NCBI GenBank assembly: GCA_963724295.1
Contig: CAVRUC010000002.1
Coordinates: forward strand, 1-64,000
DNA: 64,000 nucleotides
Origin: an uncultured Chloroflexia bacterium
Lineage (GTDB): Bacteria; Chloroflexota; Chloroflexia; Thermomicrobiales; UBA6265
Reading direction: 5' to 3'
The translations under genes were made by a program, and so were the position numbers. The notes beneath the pieces were generated by a model. It worked only from the letters and a program-made list of their open reading frames with translations. It made no database searches and was not told the DNA's origin. Shown here in pieces: positions 1 through 9,422 of the stretch (within the stretch, counting starts at the first letter, position 1; each line of letters opens with the position of its first letter).

Positions 1-734
1 CAGGACGCGCCTCCGGTTTCGATGTCGGTGGCAAAGTGATCGGGTAAGCCCTCGGCGGCACGGACCGCCGCGGCCATCTCTGCCACGTCGTACGGCACCC
101 GTCGAATCTCAACCTGGACCGGCTTGCCGGGCTCCACCGTGAGCAGCGCCCACGCGGCGCGGGGATCGCCGTCTTTGGGCTTACCGACGCTGCCGTCATT
201 GATGAAGAGGACCCCCTCGATCTCGCGCACCCACGGCTTGTGGGTGTGCCCGAAGACGAGGACATCCGCCTCCGCTCCCTGTGCAATGCGTGCCAGGGTG
301 CGCGGGTCGCGGTCCTCGAAGAGGTATTCATTCATCCGCCGCGGCGAGCCATGCACCAGGCGGAAGCGTTTCCCCTCCGCTTCGAAGCGAATCTCCGGCA
401 GGAGCGTGCGCAAATACGCCTTGTTCTCCTCGGTCGTCGCGGCTCGCGTCCAGAACAGCGACTGCTGCCCCCGCGCTTCTTCCTCGGGATCTTTGTAGGC
501 GCAGCCGCAGTCATCGCGGTCGAAGCCCACGCCGCCGTCATAGTTCCCCATGATGGTCGGGATGCCACGCTCGCGGATAAGGCTGATCGTCTCGTTCGGC
601 TTGGCGCCATAGCCGACCAGATCGCCGAGGCAATAGACCGCGTCCGGCTGCTCGGTGTCGAGCGCTTCGAGGACCGCCGCCGTGGCGGCGCTGTTGCCAT
701 GCAGATCGCTGAAGATGGCAATGCGGGTGGTCAA
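1..734 (-). CDS. Metallophosphoesterase family protein (calcineurin-like, YfcE/MJ0936 type)
   Basis: Not in the ORF track. Manual translation from TTG at 734 gives MTTRIAIFSDLHGN...LGDLVGYG...MGNYD...DCGCAY...HGSP...FGHTH...NDGSVGKPKDGDPRA, the full set of metallophosphoesterase motifs. The stop codon falls at the window edge. Confidence 0.9.
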   Translation of the reverse strand, partial: MTTRIAIFSDLHGNSAATAAVLEALDTEQPDAVYCLGDLVGYGAKPNETISLIRERGIPTIMGNYDGGVGFDRDDCGCAYKDPEEEARGQQSLFWTRAATTEENKAYLRTLLPEIRFEAEGKRFRLVHGSPRRMNEYLFEDRDPRTLARIAQGAEADVLVFGHTHKPWVREIEGVLFINDGSVGKPKDGDPRAAWALLTVEPGKPVQVEIRRVPYDVAEMAAAVRAAEGLPDHFATDIETGGAS

Positions 735-825
735 CTAATACCTCTACCACTCGTCGCAGTCGCAGGTACCGGCCCGAATGCAATGGTGAGAGTCCGGCCG
801 CATACTACGACGTGACCGCGGTCTC

Positions 826-925
826 ATTCCATCTGTCCGCTGGGACAGTCACCTTCCTCTTCACCGACATTGACAGCAACACAGCCCTCTGCAGGCGGGA
901 CCGGGCAGCGATGGCGTTGGCAGGG
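826..925 (+). pseudogene. Relic of the N-terminus of a class III nucleotide cyclase/STAND gene
   Basis: Reads HLSAGTVTFLFTDIDSNTALCRRDRAAMA, versus DLPSGTVTFLFTDIEGSTALWERDRQAMA in the intact gene at 6020. It has no start codon and decays downstream. Confidence 0.8.
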
Positions 926-1084
926 TCCCCACATAGACAGTGGGTGCCGGGCGATCGGTGAGCGCGACGTGGTGCCCACTCGGTTCTGATAGCGCCCATT
1001 ACAGATCCCATCACTCCTCTCGAGAGACGGCTCTGGAGGAATCGGGCACGCTATGTGCACCATCCGCAGCCTGTTCATGGGAGG

Positions 1085-1675
1085 TCAGGATGAAGACTGC
1101 TTGCCCGCCACGTCGACCGCATCGACCCTGACGATCCCGCGCACGAGCAGCTCCGGGAAGCCCATCGGCTCTTGCGCTCGCCAATACTGCTCGGCTCGCT
1201 CCTCAACCCCACGAAGTCGTCCTGCCAGCGGTCCAGGTTGATCAAAGGCGTCGAAGGCCGCGACGACGAGCGCCCCGTCCCGCTCCACGGCCATTCCCTC
1301 AACCAGGGTACACCGATGGATGACAGCACCCGGGTAGTACTCGGCGCAGAAGCGCTCAGCGACCGAGCGCGTGCCCCACGTGAAGACGACCTCGAGGCGG
1401 CTTGGCGCCTCCGGCCGGACGTTGCGCCGCACGCGTTCGAAGATCGCCTCCAGCAGGACCATCTCGGGACGATAGCGACCAGGCGTCGAAGGGACATTCC
1501 GTAGCACGCCGTCCAGAAGGTGTTCGACCGCCTCGAAGCCATCGGCGAGCGCCGACCAGGACTGGCGAAGCAAGCTGTGGTGCTCTCGCGCGAGGGCGTA
1601 AGGCCGAAGGATCTGCCCAACAGGAATTGGGTGTGCGCCAACATGAAACAGCAAGACCGCTCGTTGGCTGGCCAT
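1085..1675 (-). CDS. DUF2441-like protein (putative ADP-ribosyltransferase fold)
   Basis: SD GGGAGG precedes ATG 1675. Motifs FHV, LEAIFERVRRNVRPEAPSRLEVVF and YW..(7)..PELLVRGIVRV match the DUF2441 pattern as I recall it. Confidence 0.65.
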   Translation of the reverse strand: MASQRAVLLFHVGAHPIPVGQILRPYALAREHHSLLRQSWSALADGFEAVEHLLDGVLRNVPSTPGRYRPEMVLLEAIFERVRRNVRPEAPSRLEVVFTWGTRSVAERFCAEYYPGAVIHRCTLVEGMAVERDGALVVAAFDAFDQPGPLAGRLRGVEERAEQYWRAQEPMGFPELLVRGIVRVDAVDVAGKQSSS

Positions 1676-2022
1676 TCCCTCCCGTTTGTTGGCATGCACT
1701 CGTGGCCTCCCCTATCACGGACCAGCCGACCGCATAAGTGTCCCTCGGGGAGACCACTCGGACCATCCCGCCTCGCGTCTCTCACGTGATCACCACCACG
1801 TCGTCAGCCGTGAACCGCGGGACACCCCGGTCTATCTGTTCCGTTGATGCACATCGAGGGAAGTACCGCGCTCCGGGAGCAGGACCAGCAGGCAACGGCG
1901 TCAACCGTGCCTCCGCCGATCCGGAAAAATCCGGAGATAGAACGGAGTGGCGTAGACGCGCTCGAAATCCATCTGGCCGACCTTGGCGTAGATGTACGTA
2001 CAGTTCAGGACAAGGAGGGTCC

Positions 2023-2655
2023 ATGCTGCAAGCAACGCTTCGTGACTGGCACGTGCTCTCGACCACGGCGTCGGTTCCATGGCTCCGTGAGGTGATCGAT
2101 GGCTCCCTGCCACTGGACGCGGAGGACGACGAGGTCGTCACGGTCGATGTCCTGGTCAACACCTCAACTGTCTCGGTCAGGCCTGATGTCGTCGCGGACT
2201 GGGTCGTGGACCGCGCACGCGGCTTCGGGCTGGCCAGTGTCGAGCGCCACGCAGATGCCCGGATCGACGGGGTGACCTGCTGGCGCGCGTCAGACGGCAC
2301 CGCGCGAAGCTCGATCCCGCAGCGGCACGTCCACTACGCGCCCACGGGGTTCGACTGGGGTTTCGGAGGCAGTGGTCCCGCGGATCTTGCCCTCAATGTG
2401 CTCGCGCTCTTTCTCCCGCTCGCCCCGGAGGCCACCAGCGTGGCGCTGCGGGACGGCTCGTCCGTCAGTGAGCCCACCTGGGCGTTGCACCAGGCGTTCA
2501 AGTACGACCTGATCGCGTCCTTGCCGCGCTCAGGCGGTCACATCACCGCCAAGATGATCGAGGATTGGATCACCACGCATCCCATCGTCGGAGCGGACCC
2601 CTTGTTTAGTCCGCTCGAACACGTGGATGGAGAATCACACGTGGCACTCGGCTGA
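2023..2655 (+). CDS. DUF6166-like domain protein
   Basis: SD AAGGAGG precedes ATG 2023. C-terminal HYAPTGFDWGFGGSGPADLALNVL...HQAFKYDLIASLP...IEDW motif. Confidence 0.7.
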   Translation: MLQATLRDWHVLSTTASVPWLREVIDGSLPLDAEDDEVVTVDVLVNTSTVSVRPDVVADWVVDRARGFGLASVERHADARIDGVTCWRASDGTARSSIPQRHVHYAPTGFDWGFGGSGPADLALNVLALFLPLAPEATSVALRDGSSVSEPTWALHQAFKYDLIASLPRSGGHITAKMIEDWITTHPIVGADPLFSPLEHVDGESHVALG

Positions 2656-3001
2656 TGACGACGAGGGCAACGGCCGTCTCGATAGGTCCTTCCCGGTCAT
2701 GTCGACATCACGCGCGGCCGTGCGATACGTTCATGAGCGGTCAGTGATCACGTCCTCATTAGGGCGCCATCCGCCGGCCCTCTCGGATCGCAGTCGCAGC
2801 TGTGCAACGCAGGACAACGGCGGCCTGAGCCACGGCACCAGCGAGGTCCGGCACGAGGATGGGGCACGACGTGGTGCCCCGTAACCCTTGACAGTCGCGC
2901 TGCGCGGCGTACGATGCCGCGGCTGCCCGGGATCGGCGTCGGAAGCGACCGTTGCCTGCCCGGAACGTCGTTGCCAGTCGAGACTGGCATGGGAGGTCGT
3001 C

Positions 3002-3481
3002 ATGCGCACATTGGTCACGCTCGTCGCCGTCTCAGCCGTCGCGATACTCATCTTCGCCGGTGCCCTGTCCATGACCCGAGTGGGAACGGCGCCGGCCGCG
3101 GCGAAGGAATCGCTGACACTCATCGAGCACGTGACCAACGAAACGGTCGTCGATCTCGCTGGCGAGGGAGATACTGTCGGCGACACACTCGTCTTCAACA
3201 ACGAGCTCTACGATGACAAGGATGCCAATCTCGTCGGCAACAGTAACGGCTCGTGCATCCGCACCACCGTCGGCGAGTTCTGGGAGTGCGCTTTCACCAA
3301 CACCATGGAGCAAGGCTCGCTCGTGGTCGAGGGGCCATTCCACGACAGCGGCAGGGGCACCTTCGCGATCACCGGGGGTACCGGCGACTACTCCGGCGCC
3401 ACCGGTCAGATGACCCTCACCGCCGCCGAAGACAGCACCGCCGACAGCCCCAAGTTGCAGTTTGTTTTTGAGATCAATTGA
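3002..3481 (+). CDS. Secreted allene oxide cyclase/dirigent-like beta-barrel protein
   Basis: SD GGAGG, hydrophobic signal peptide, and motifs GDTLVFNNELYD, GSCIRT..WEC and AITGGTGDYSGATGQM. Confidence 0.8.
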   Translation: MRTLVTLVAVSAVAILIFAGALSMTRVGTAPAAAKESLTLIEHVTNETVVDLAGEGDTVGDTLVFNNELYDDKDANLVGNSNGSCIRTTVGEFWECAFTNTMEQGSLVVEGPFHDSGRGTFAITGGTGDYSGATGQMTLTAAEDSTADSPKLQFVFEIN

Positions 3482-3522
3482 CGACACCGGGAGTCGATGG
3501 CCACCCGCGTTCCGGGAACGAG

Positions 3523-4305
3523 TCAGTCAATTGTGGCGATCAAGACAAAGGTGGCGTCACGCCTGCCATACAAGGTGCCCGCGCTGGGCACGGAGCGGAT
3601 GGCGTATACCGTGTCGCTTCCAACCGTCGCCATCAAGCGCTCCCGCATGGCAGCCTCGCCCACCTCCAGCTCGACTGCGCCCTGCTCGACCAGCACCAGC
3701 GTGTCTCCGGCGCCGGAGGGCAGACCAACGCTCTCCCCCTCCGCGATCTCTGCCCGCTGCAGCGAAAGGGTGACGGGACCGGAGGGCGCGGCGAAGGCCG
3801 GCCCGGGGAAGAAGAGGCGGTCGCCACCGGAAACATTCGCTGTCGTGGCCTCCACCAACTCGATGCGCAGGTAGCTGGTCGCCGACTCTCTCAGGCTCTC
3901 CCGCCGCTGAGACGTGCCCTCGGCCACAAATGCCGCCGCGCGGGGATCCAGCTGCACTTGCTCGCCGGTCGCCTCATCGGTCAGCAAGAGGGAGGTGAAC
4001 AGCACAGGCGCCACAGCGAAGCCGAGGGCGCGCTCCTCGAAGGTCGCCGCCTCGCCTACCTCGGCGGCGTCCCGCACGACGCGCCAGGCCACCAGCGAGC
4101 CGGGGACAAGCTCGGCCTCGCCACTGGCAAGCAGGGTGAGATCCGCGGTGGATTGCTGGGCCGACGCGTCCCTCAGATTGCGTGGATCCAGGCGCTGCGC
4201 GGCGACGAGCGCGATCCCCACCGCGCCAATTGCACGCACGGCTTCACGACGACCGGTAGTCCTCGCCAGAATTCTCACCGGCTGATCGCAGCGATGCTCG
4301 GGCAT
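3523..4305 (-). CDS. Hypothetical exported protein, Tat-like signal, possible cupin-like beta domains
   Basis: SD AGGAGG precedes ATG 4305. TGRREAVR followed by a hydrophobic stretch and ASA-Q; also LVLVEQGAVELEVG. Confidence 0.6.
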   Translation of the reverse strand: MPEHRCDQPVRILARTTGRREAVRAIGAVGIALVAAQRLDPRNLRDASAQQSTADLTLLASGEAELVPGSLVAWRVVRDAAEVGEAATFEERALGFAVAPVLFTSLLLTDEATGEQVQLDPRAAAFVAEGTSQRRESLRESATSYLRIELVEATTANVSGGDRLFFPGPAFAAPSGPVTLSLQRAEIAEGESVGLPSGAGDTLVLVEQGAVELEVGEAAMRERLMATVGSDTVYAIRSVPSAGTLYGRRDATFVLIATID

Positions 4306-5291
4306 TGCGGTCTCCCTCCTTCGTCTAGAGCCGTCTCGCTCGGCGTCGGCTCGCTCACGAGCTGAATGGGGCACTTGTCTCCATTCCCCTCACGCTGGGC
4401 AGAGGCGGCGGCCCAGCCGAGACAAGTGCGGCAAGGCAGCCGGACCATAACCGCCAGGTGGACAATCACGATCCGGGTCGTCTATGCCGATGCCGGCATT
4501 GCCGCGAGAGAACGTGTCAATGTCGCGACATTGTCCCCCGCGCGGTCGAATGGCACGGTCGGTGTCCACGGCGTGACGCCTTTGTGAGAACCCCCGGGGT
4601 GTCTCGATGCAACGCACCTGAGACGCCCATTTCGGTTCAGGCGCAGGTCAGCAGCGTAGCCGGTAGACGCCATCTGGGCAACAGGTCTCGGGAGGATGGC
4701 AGCACCAGCCGCCACCGCTGGCCGATCCGGTCTCTCCTCCGCCCCCTCCGCCCCCTGAGAACGGAGAAATCGACCGGGAAGAGCCAGACGGACCTCCTCA
4801 AGATAGAAGTCGAGATAATCAGGAAGTGGGGGATGGCCCGCCACCCGGTACCAGGAGCGGCGCGACGGTCATGTTCAGTACAGCGCCGCTCGCTGATTTC
4901 GACGAACTCGAGGGACGACTTGAGGCCCGATTCGCCGCGCTGGAGGCCAGTTTGCCGCGCTCACCGTGCGGGTCGAGAATGGGCCCGGTCGGTTTGAAGA
5001 ACCCGGGGTGATGCGCCGACCGTGGCGCAAGTTCCGACTGTTATCGTGTCAGCATTGCGCCTTCGGACTGCCCGCGATGGCGAGAACGTAGGGGTCGACC
5101 GTTCTGACCGTCAGAAGGTACGCAAGGCCCTGAAGAGCGAGCGCGACAACGAGCGCAAGAAGCGACAGCGAGACCATCACCACGATGGGCAACGCGTCCG
5201 ACGCTGAGGAAGCTCGTGAGGGGACGTGCCCACGAAGTGGCCCGGCGCGTGAGGAACCCATCGCGAAGTTCGCGATGCGGATGCTACCAGC

Positions 5292-5825
5292 ATGAGTACC
5301 AGCAGGATCAGCCCCAAGACCGGATGGATCGAGGCTAAGGCGCTTCCTCGAGGGCCAAACGGTCGCGCGCTGTGCCGCAACTGCAACACCGAGGTTCCAA
5401 AGGGGCGCCGTAGCTTCTGCAGCGAAGGATGCATTGATGACTGGGCGGCCAGATACAGCCCGACGCTGATGCGTCAGCGCGTGTTCCGCCGCGACAACGG
5501 TATCTGTGCCCTCTGCGGCATCGATACCACCAAGCTGGGCAAGGCTCTCAGCGCGGAATGGCACCGGATCAAGCGAGCGCGGACCGAGCAGGAGCGGCGA
5601 GCACGTGCCGAGTTCCGCCAGCGCTATCGGTGGTTTTTTCGCCGCCGCACCTACTGGGATGCCGACCACATCGTGCCCGTCGCGGAGGGGGGCGGCGAGT
5701 GCACAATGGCGAACATCCGGACGCTCTGCGTCCCATGCCATCAGCGCGTGACGAAGGAGCAAGCCAGGAACCGCGCGTCCCAGCGGCGTCAAGAGCGCGT
5801 CGGCCAGCAGAACGCCTGGCGCTAA
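5292..5825 (+). CDS. HNH endonuclease with Zn-ribbons
   Basis: CRNC...FCSEGC, VFRRDNGICALCG and WDADHIVPVAEGGGECTMANIRTLCVPCH. Confidence 0.9.
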   Translation: MSTSRISPKTGWIEAKALPRGPNGRALCRNCNTEVPKGRRSFCSEGCIDDWAARYSPTLMRQRVFRRDNGICALCGIDTTKLGKALSAEWHRIKRARTEQERRARAEFRQRYRWFFRRRTYWDADHIVPVAEGGGECTMANIRTLCVPCHQRVTKEQARNRASQRRQERVGQQNAWR

Positions 5826-6019
5826 GAACCACCATGGTGTCGCCATCCGCACCATCTCCTTATCACCGTCATCCTGCAGGACCGGGAGCCTAACAACGGC
5901 ACCTGTGCCTGTCGTCCGGGGTAATTGCGATGACGAAAGAGCCAGGCTCTGACTCGCTCTCCCCGCAGCATGCGACAATCGGGAAAGACTGCGACAGGCC
6001 GCACCTTCGGAAGGTGACC

Positions 6020-9000
6020 ATGCCCGATCTCCCCTCCGGCACCGTCACCTTTCTCTTCACCGACATTGAAGGCAGCACCGCGCTCTGGGAGCGGGATCGG
6101 CAGGCGATGGCGACCGCGGTCCAGCGCCACATCACCCTGCTCGATACGGCCATCCAGGCGCATAGCGGCGTCCACTTCAAAACCACTGGTGACGCGGTGC
6201 AGGCCGCCTTCCCAACCGCACCGGCGGCCGTGGCCGCGGCAGTGGAAGGACAGCGAGCACTGCTCGCGGAAGAGTGGGGACTGGCCGGGGAGCTGCGGGT
6301 GCGCATGGCGCTGCACGCCGGGGAAGCCGAGCCTGACGCGCGCAGCGACTATCTCTCCGCGCCCCTCAACCGGCTCTCGCGACTGTTGGCTACCGGTCAT
6401 GGCGGGCAAATTCTCCTCTCCCAGGCGGTGCAGCAGCTCAGTCGGGGAGCCCTTCCTGCCGGCAGCGAGCTGCGCGACCTGGGCGAGCACCGGCTGCGGG
6501 ACTTGCTGGATCCCGAGCGGGTCTACCAGGTGCTCCATCCGGACCTCCCCGATCAGTTCCCGCCGCTCAAGTCCCTCGAGTCCCGGCCCAACAACTTGCC
6601 GCTGCAGCCAACCCCCTTCCTCGGTCGGGAGCAGGAGGTCGAGCAAGTCGTCGCGCTCCTGCACCGCCCCGAGTTGCGCTTCCTCACGCTGACCGGCCCA
6701 GGGGGTACCGGCAAGACCCGATTGGCGCTGCAGGCGGCTGCAGAGTTGCTGGACGACTTCCCCGACGGCGTCTTCTTCGTGCCGCTCGCCACGCTCACCG
6801 ATCCCGATCTCGTTCTGGCCACGATTGCGACCACCCTGGGGATTCGCGAGGAGGGCGGTCAACCGCTGGGAGAGCGGCTGCGAGATTTTCTCGCGATGAA
6901 ACGGCTCCTCCTGGTGCTGGACAATCTTGAACACCTGGCGACCGCGGCTCCCGGGATCGCCGAGCTCCTTGGTTTCTCCGCGGGATTGAAGGTGCTGGCC
7001 ACGAGCCGCACGCCGCTGCGGCTGCGCGCGGAGCGGGAGTATGCAGTGCCGCCGCTGGGCTTGCCGCGTCGGAAGCCCCCACCCACCCTTGAACAGCTCT
7101 CCCAATACGACGCCGTGCGCCTCTTCATCGAGCGGGCTCAAGCGGTCAAGGCCGACTTCGCTGTCGACAACGAGTCGGCGCCGGCGGTTGCTGAGATCTG
7201 TTGGCGGTTAGACGGGCTCCCGCTGGCCATTGAACTGGCCGCGGCACGCATCCGGATGTTGCCGCCTCAGGCCATGTTGACCCGCCTGGAGCAGCGGCTT
7301 CCATTCCTCACAGGCGGGGCACGGGACGCACCGCAACGACAACGAACCCTGCGTGACACCATCGCCTGGAGCTACGACCTGCTGCAGCCGGAGGAGCAGC
7401 AGGCGTTCCGGCAGTTGGCCGTCTTTGCCGGCGGATTCACCCTTGAAGCAGCTGAGGCGGTCGTCAGCTCTGATGGCCGGCTGGACATCTTTGGCAGTCT
7501 CGAGCGGTTGGTCGAGCAGAGCCTGACCCGACCGCAGGCGGGAACACCCGACGCTCCGCGCTTCGGCATGCTGGAGACGATCCGCGATTTCGGATTAGAG
7601 CAGTTGGAGGTGAGTGGCGAGGAGGCGGAGGCACGGACACGGCATGCTTCGTTCTTCCTTGCGCTGGCAACAGAGGCCGCGGCAGGCCTGCAAGGGCCAC
7701 AGCAGCTCGCGTGGTTGGAGCGCCTGGAGACCGAGCACGATAACATGCGGTCTGCGCTCGGCTGGGCACTGACGCATGATCCCGAGACGGCCCTGGGCCT
7801 GGTAACCGCGCTGTACTGGTTCTGGTTCTACCGCGGTCATCTCACTGAGGGTCGCGATTGGACAGAACGAGCGTTGGCCACCGGGGCGTCCGCGAAGCCC
7901 GAGGTGCGGGCCCGGGCTTTGAACTTCTCCAGCGCCTTCGCCCGAAAGAACGCGGACGCTGTTACGGCTTCATCACGCGCGGAACAGGCCCTGGCGCTGT
8001 CGCGATCGGTGGGCGACCCCGCGGGCGAGGGGTGGGCACTCATCAACCTGGGAACTCTTGCTGGCATCCTTGGAGACCCGAAACAGGCAGCGACGCTCTT
8101 CTCCGAGGCAGAAGACCGGTTCGCCAGCATCGGCGAGCGCTGGGGGGTGGCTGCCGCCATGTTCAACCAGGGCGTAGCTTTTGGAGCGGCAGGGGACATC
8201 GACCGCCAGCGAACGCTTTTCGAGCGATCATTAGTGGAGACTCGAGCAATCGGGGACCGCATCCAGGCATCCTGGACCCTCATCTCCCTCGGGAATCATG
8301 AACGCGCACGAGGGAATCTCGCTCGGGCCCGAACGTTGCTCGAGGAGGCGCTCGCGACGGCGCGGGACTTCCGGTTCGTGCTGACCGAGGCCGAGGCGCT
8401 CCGTGGATTAGCGGGGGTCACCGGGGAGCTCGGCGAGGCTGATCTGACGACGAGGCTCCTCCATGAAGCGGAAGACAAATACCGGGAACTCGGCCATGGC
8501 GTCTACCTTGCCGACGCGCTTAATAGCCTGGGCTATCTGGCGCTGAGCAATGGAGACCACGAGCGAGCCCGCAGCCTCTTTGAAGAGGCAGTCCACATCC
8601 TGCGGGAACTCAAAGGTGCAGCGGCCATTGCCGGCTTCCTGCACAGCCTGAGTGACGCATGCCGGGCAAGCGGCGACCTCAAGGGCGCGGCCACGTGGTG
8701 TCGAGAAGGACTCCTGCTCGCGCGGGAGACCCAAAATATGAGAGCGGTCACCGGCTGTCTTGCCGGGCTCGCCGGTCTTGCAGCCGCGACCGGGCGTCAC
8801 GAGGAAGCAGCTCGCCTGTTCGGTTCGGTGGAGACCCTGCGGGAAACCGTTGGCGCCCCGGGTACGCGGTATGAAGAGAAGCAGCAGTCCCAGGACATAG
8901 CGGCCGTGCGGGACGCTCTTGGCACTGATGCCGAGTTCAAGGCACGTTTCGCCGGGCAAGTGCTTCCGGTCGAGGAGGCGGTTCGCGAGGCTCTCGCGGT

Positions 9001-9067
9001 CGCGGACGAAATTGTGAGCGATGCCGCCCCCAGCTCGCTGCTCCATTCAGGAGGTGAGACATCATGA
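6020..9067 (+). CDS. Class III adenylate/guanylate cyclase - STAND (NB-ARC-like) ATPase - TPR protein
   Basis: Cyclase motifs TFLFTDIEGST, FKTTGD, RMALHAGE and NRLSRL. Walker A GPGGTGKT, Walker B LLVLDNLE, GLPLAIELAA, then TPR-like helical repeats. Confidence 0.95.
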   Translation: MPDLPSGTVTFLFTDIEGSTALWERDRQAMATAVQRHITLLDTAIQAHSGVHFKTTGDAVQAAFPTAPAAVAAAVEGQRALLAEEWGLAGELRVRMALHAGEAEPDARSDYLSAPLNRLSRLLATGHGGQILLSQAVQQLSRGALPAGSELRDLGEHRLRDLLDPERVYQVLHPDLPDQFPPLKSLESRPNNLPLQPTPFLGREQEVEQVVALLHRPELRFLTLTGPGGTGKTRLALQAAAELLDDFPDGVFFVPLATLTDPDLVLATIATTLGIREEGGQPLGERLRDFLAMKRLLLVLDNLEHLATAAPGIAELLGFSAGLKVLATSRTPLRLRAEREYAVPPLGLPRRKPPPTLEQLSQYDAVRLFIERAQAVKADFAVDNESAPAVAEICWRLDGLPLAIELAAARIRMLPPQAMLTRLEQRLPFLTGGARDAPQRQRTLRDTIAWSYDLLQPEEQQAFRQLAVFAGGFTLEAAEAVVSSDGRLDIFGSLERLVEQSLTRPQAGTPDAPRFGMLETIRDFGLEQLEVSGEEAEARTRHASFFLALATEAAAGLQGPQQLAWLERLETEHDNMRSALGWALTHDPETALGLVTALYWFWFYRGHLTEGRDWTERALATGASAKPEVRARALNFSSAFARKNADAVTASSRAEQALALSRSVGDPAGEGWALINLGTLAGILGDPKQAATLFSEAEDRFASIGERWGVAAAMFNQGVAFGAAGDIDRQRTLFERSLVETRAIGDRIQASWTLISLGNHERARGNLARARTLLEEALATARDFRFVLTEAEALRGLAGVTGELGEADLTTRLLHEAEDKYRELGHGVYLADALNSLGYLALSNGDHERARSLFEEAVHILRELKGAAAIAGFLHSLSDACRASGDLKGAATWCREGLLLARETQNMRAVTGCLAGLAGLAAATGRHEEAARLFGSVETLRETVGAPGTRYEEKQQSQDIAAVRDALGTDAEFKARFAGQVLPVEEAVREALAVADEIVSDAAPSSLLHSGGETS

Positions 9068-9422
9068 GCGACAGATTCGTCTCGTTTCCGGCCCTGGTGA
9101 TCACCGACAGGTCAGCAAAGGACCGGAGATGAAAAACCCCTGTCGCTCCGAGGTCACCCTCGAGCACTTGGCCACTCGTCAGATCTCCATGGATCGTCTC
9201 CGCGAGCGGGTGCGCGTGCAGGACTTGAGTAGGTATCTGGTTCGTGGCGGGCCAGGAGGCAAGACCTACGTGCAGCGATAGCGGCACGAGCTATGGGCGT
9301 GCTGTGCCGAGCGTAAAAAGCCGTGCAACCGGACCATGGGGCGTAGCACGAGGGAGGCCCCGGATGCGATCCTACTGCGGCCATGTGTTCTGTCACGCCG
9401 CGCACGTCTTAGGAGGGCGCTG

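Noticed and set aside
4482..5207. Possible frameshifted hypothetical gene (ATG 4697 with GGGAGG, ending 5207) or minus-strand ORF 4482-4844
   Set aside because: It needs two assumed frameshifts and has no recognisable motif, so I cannot choose a strand with confidence.
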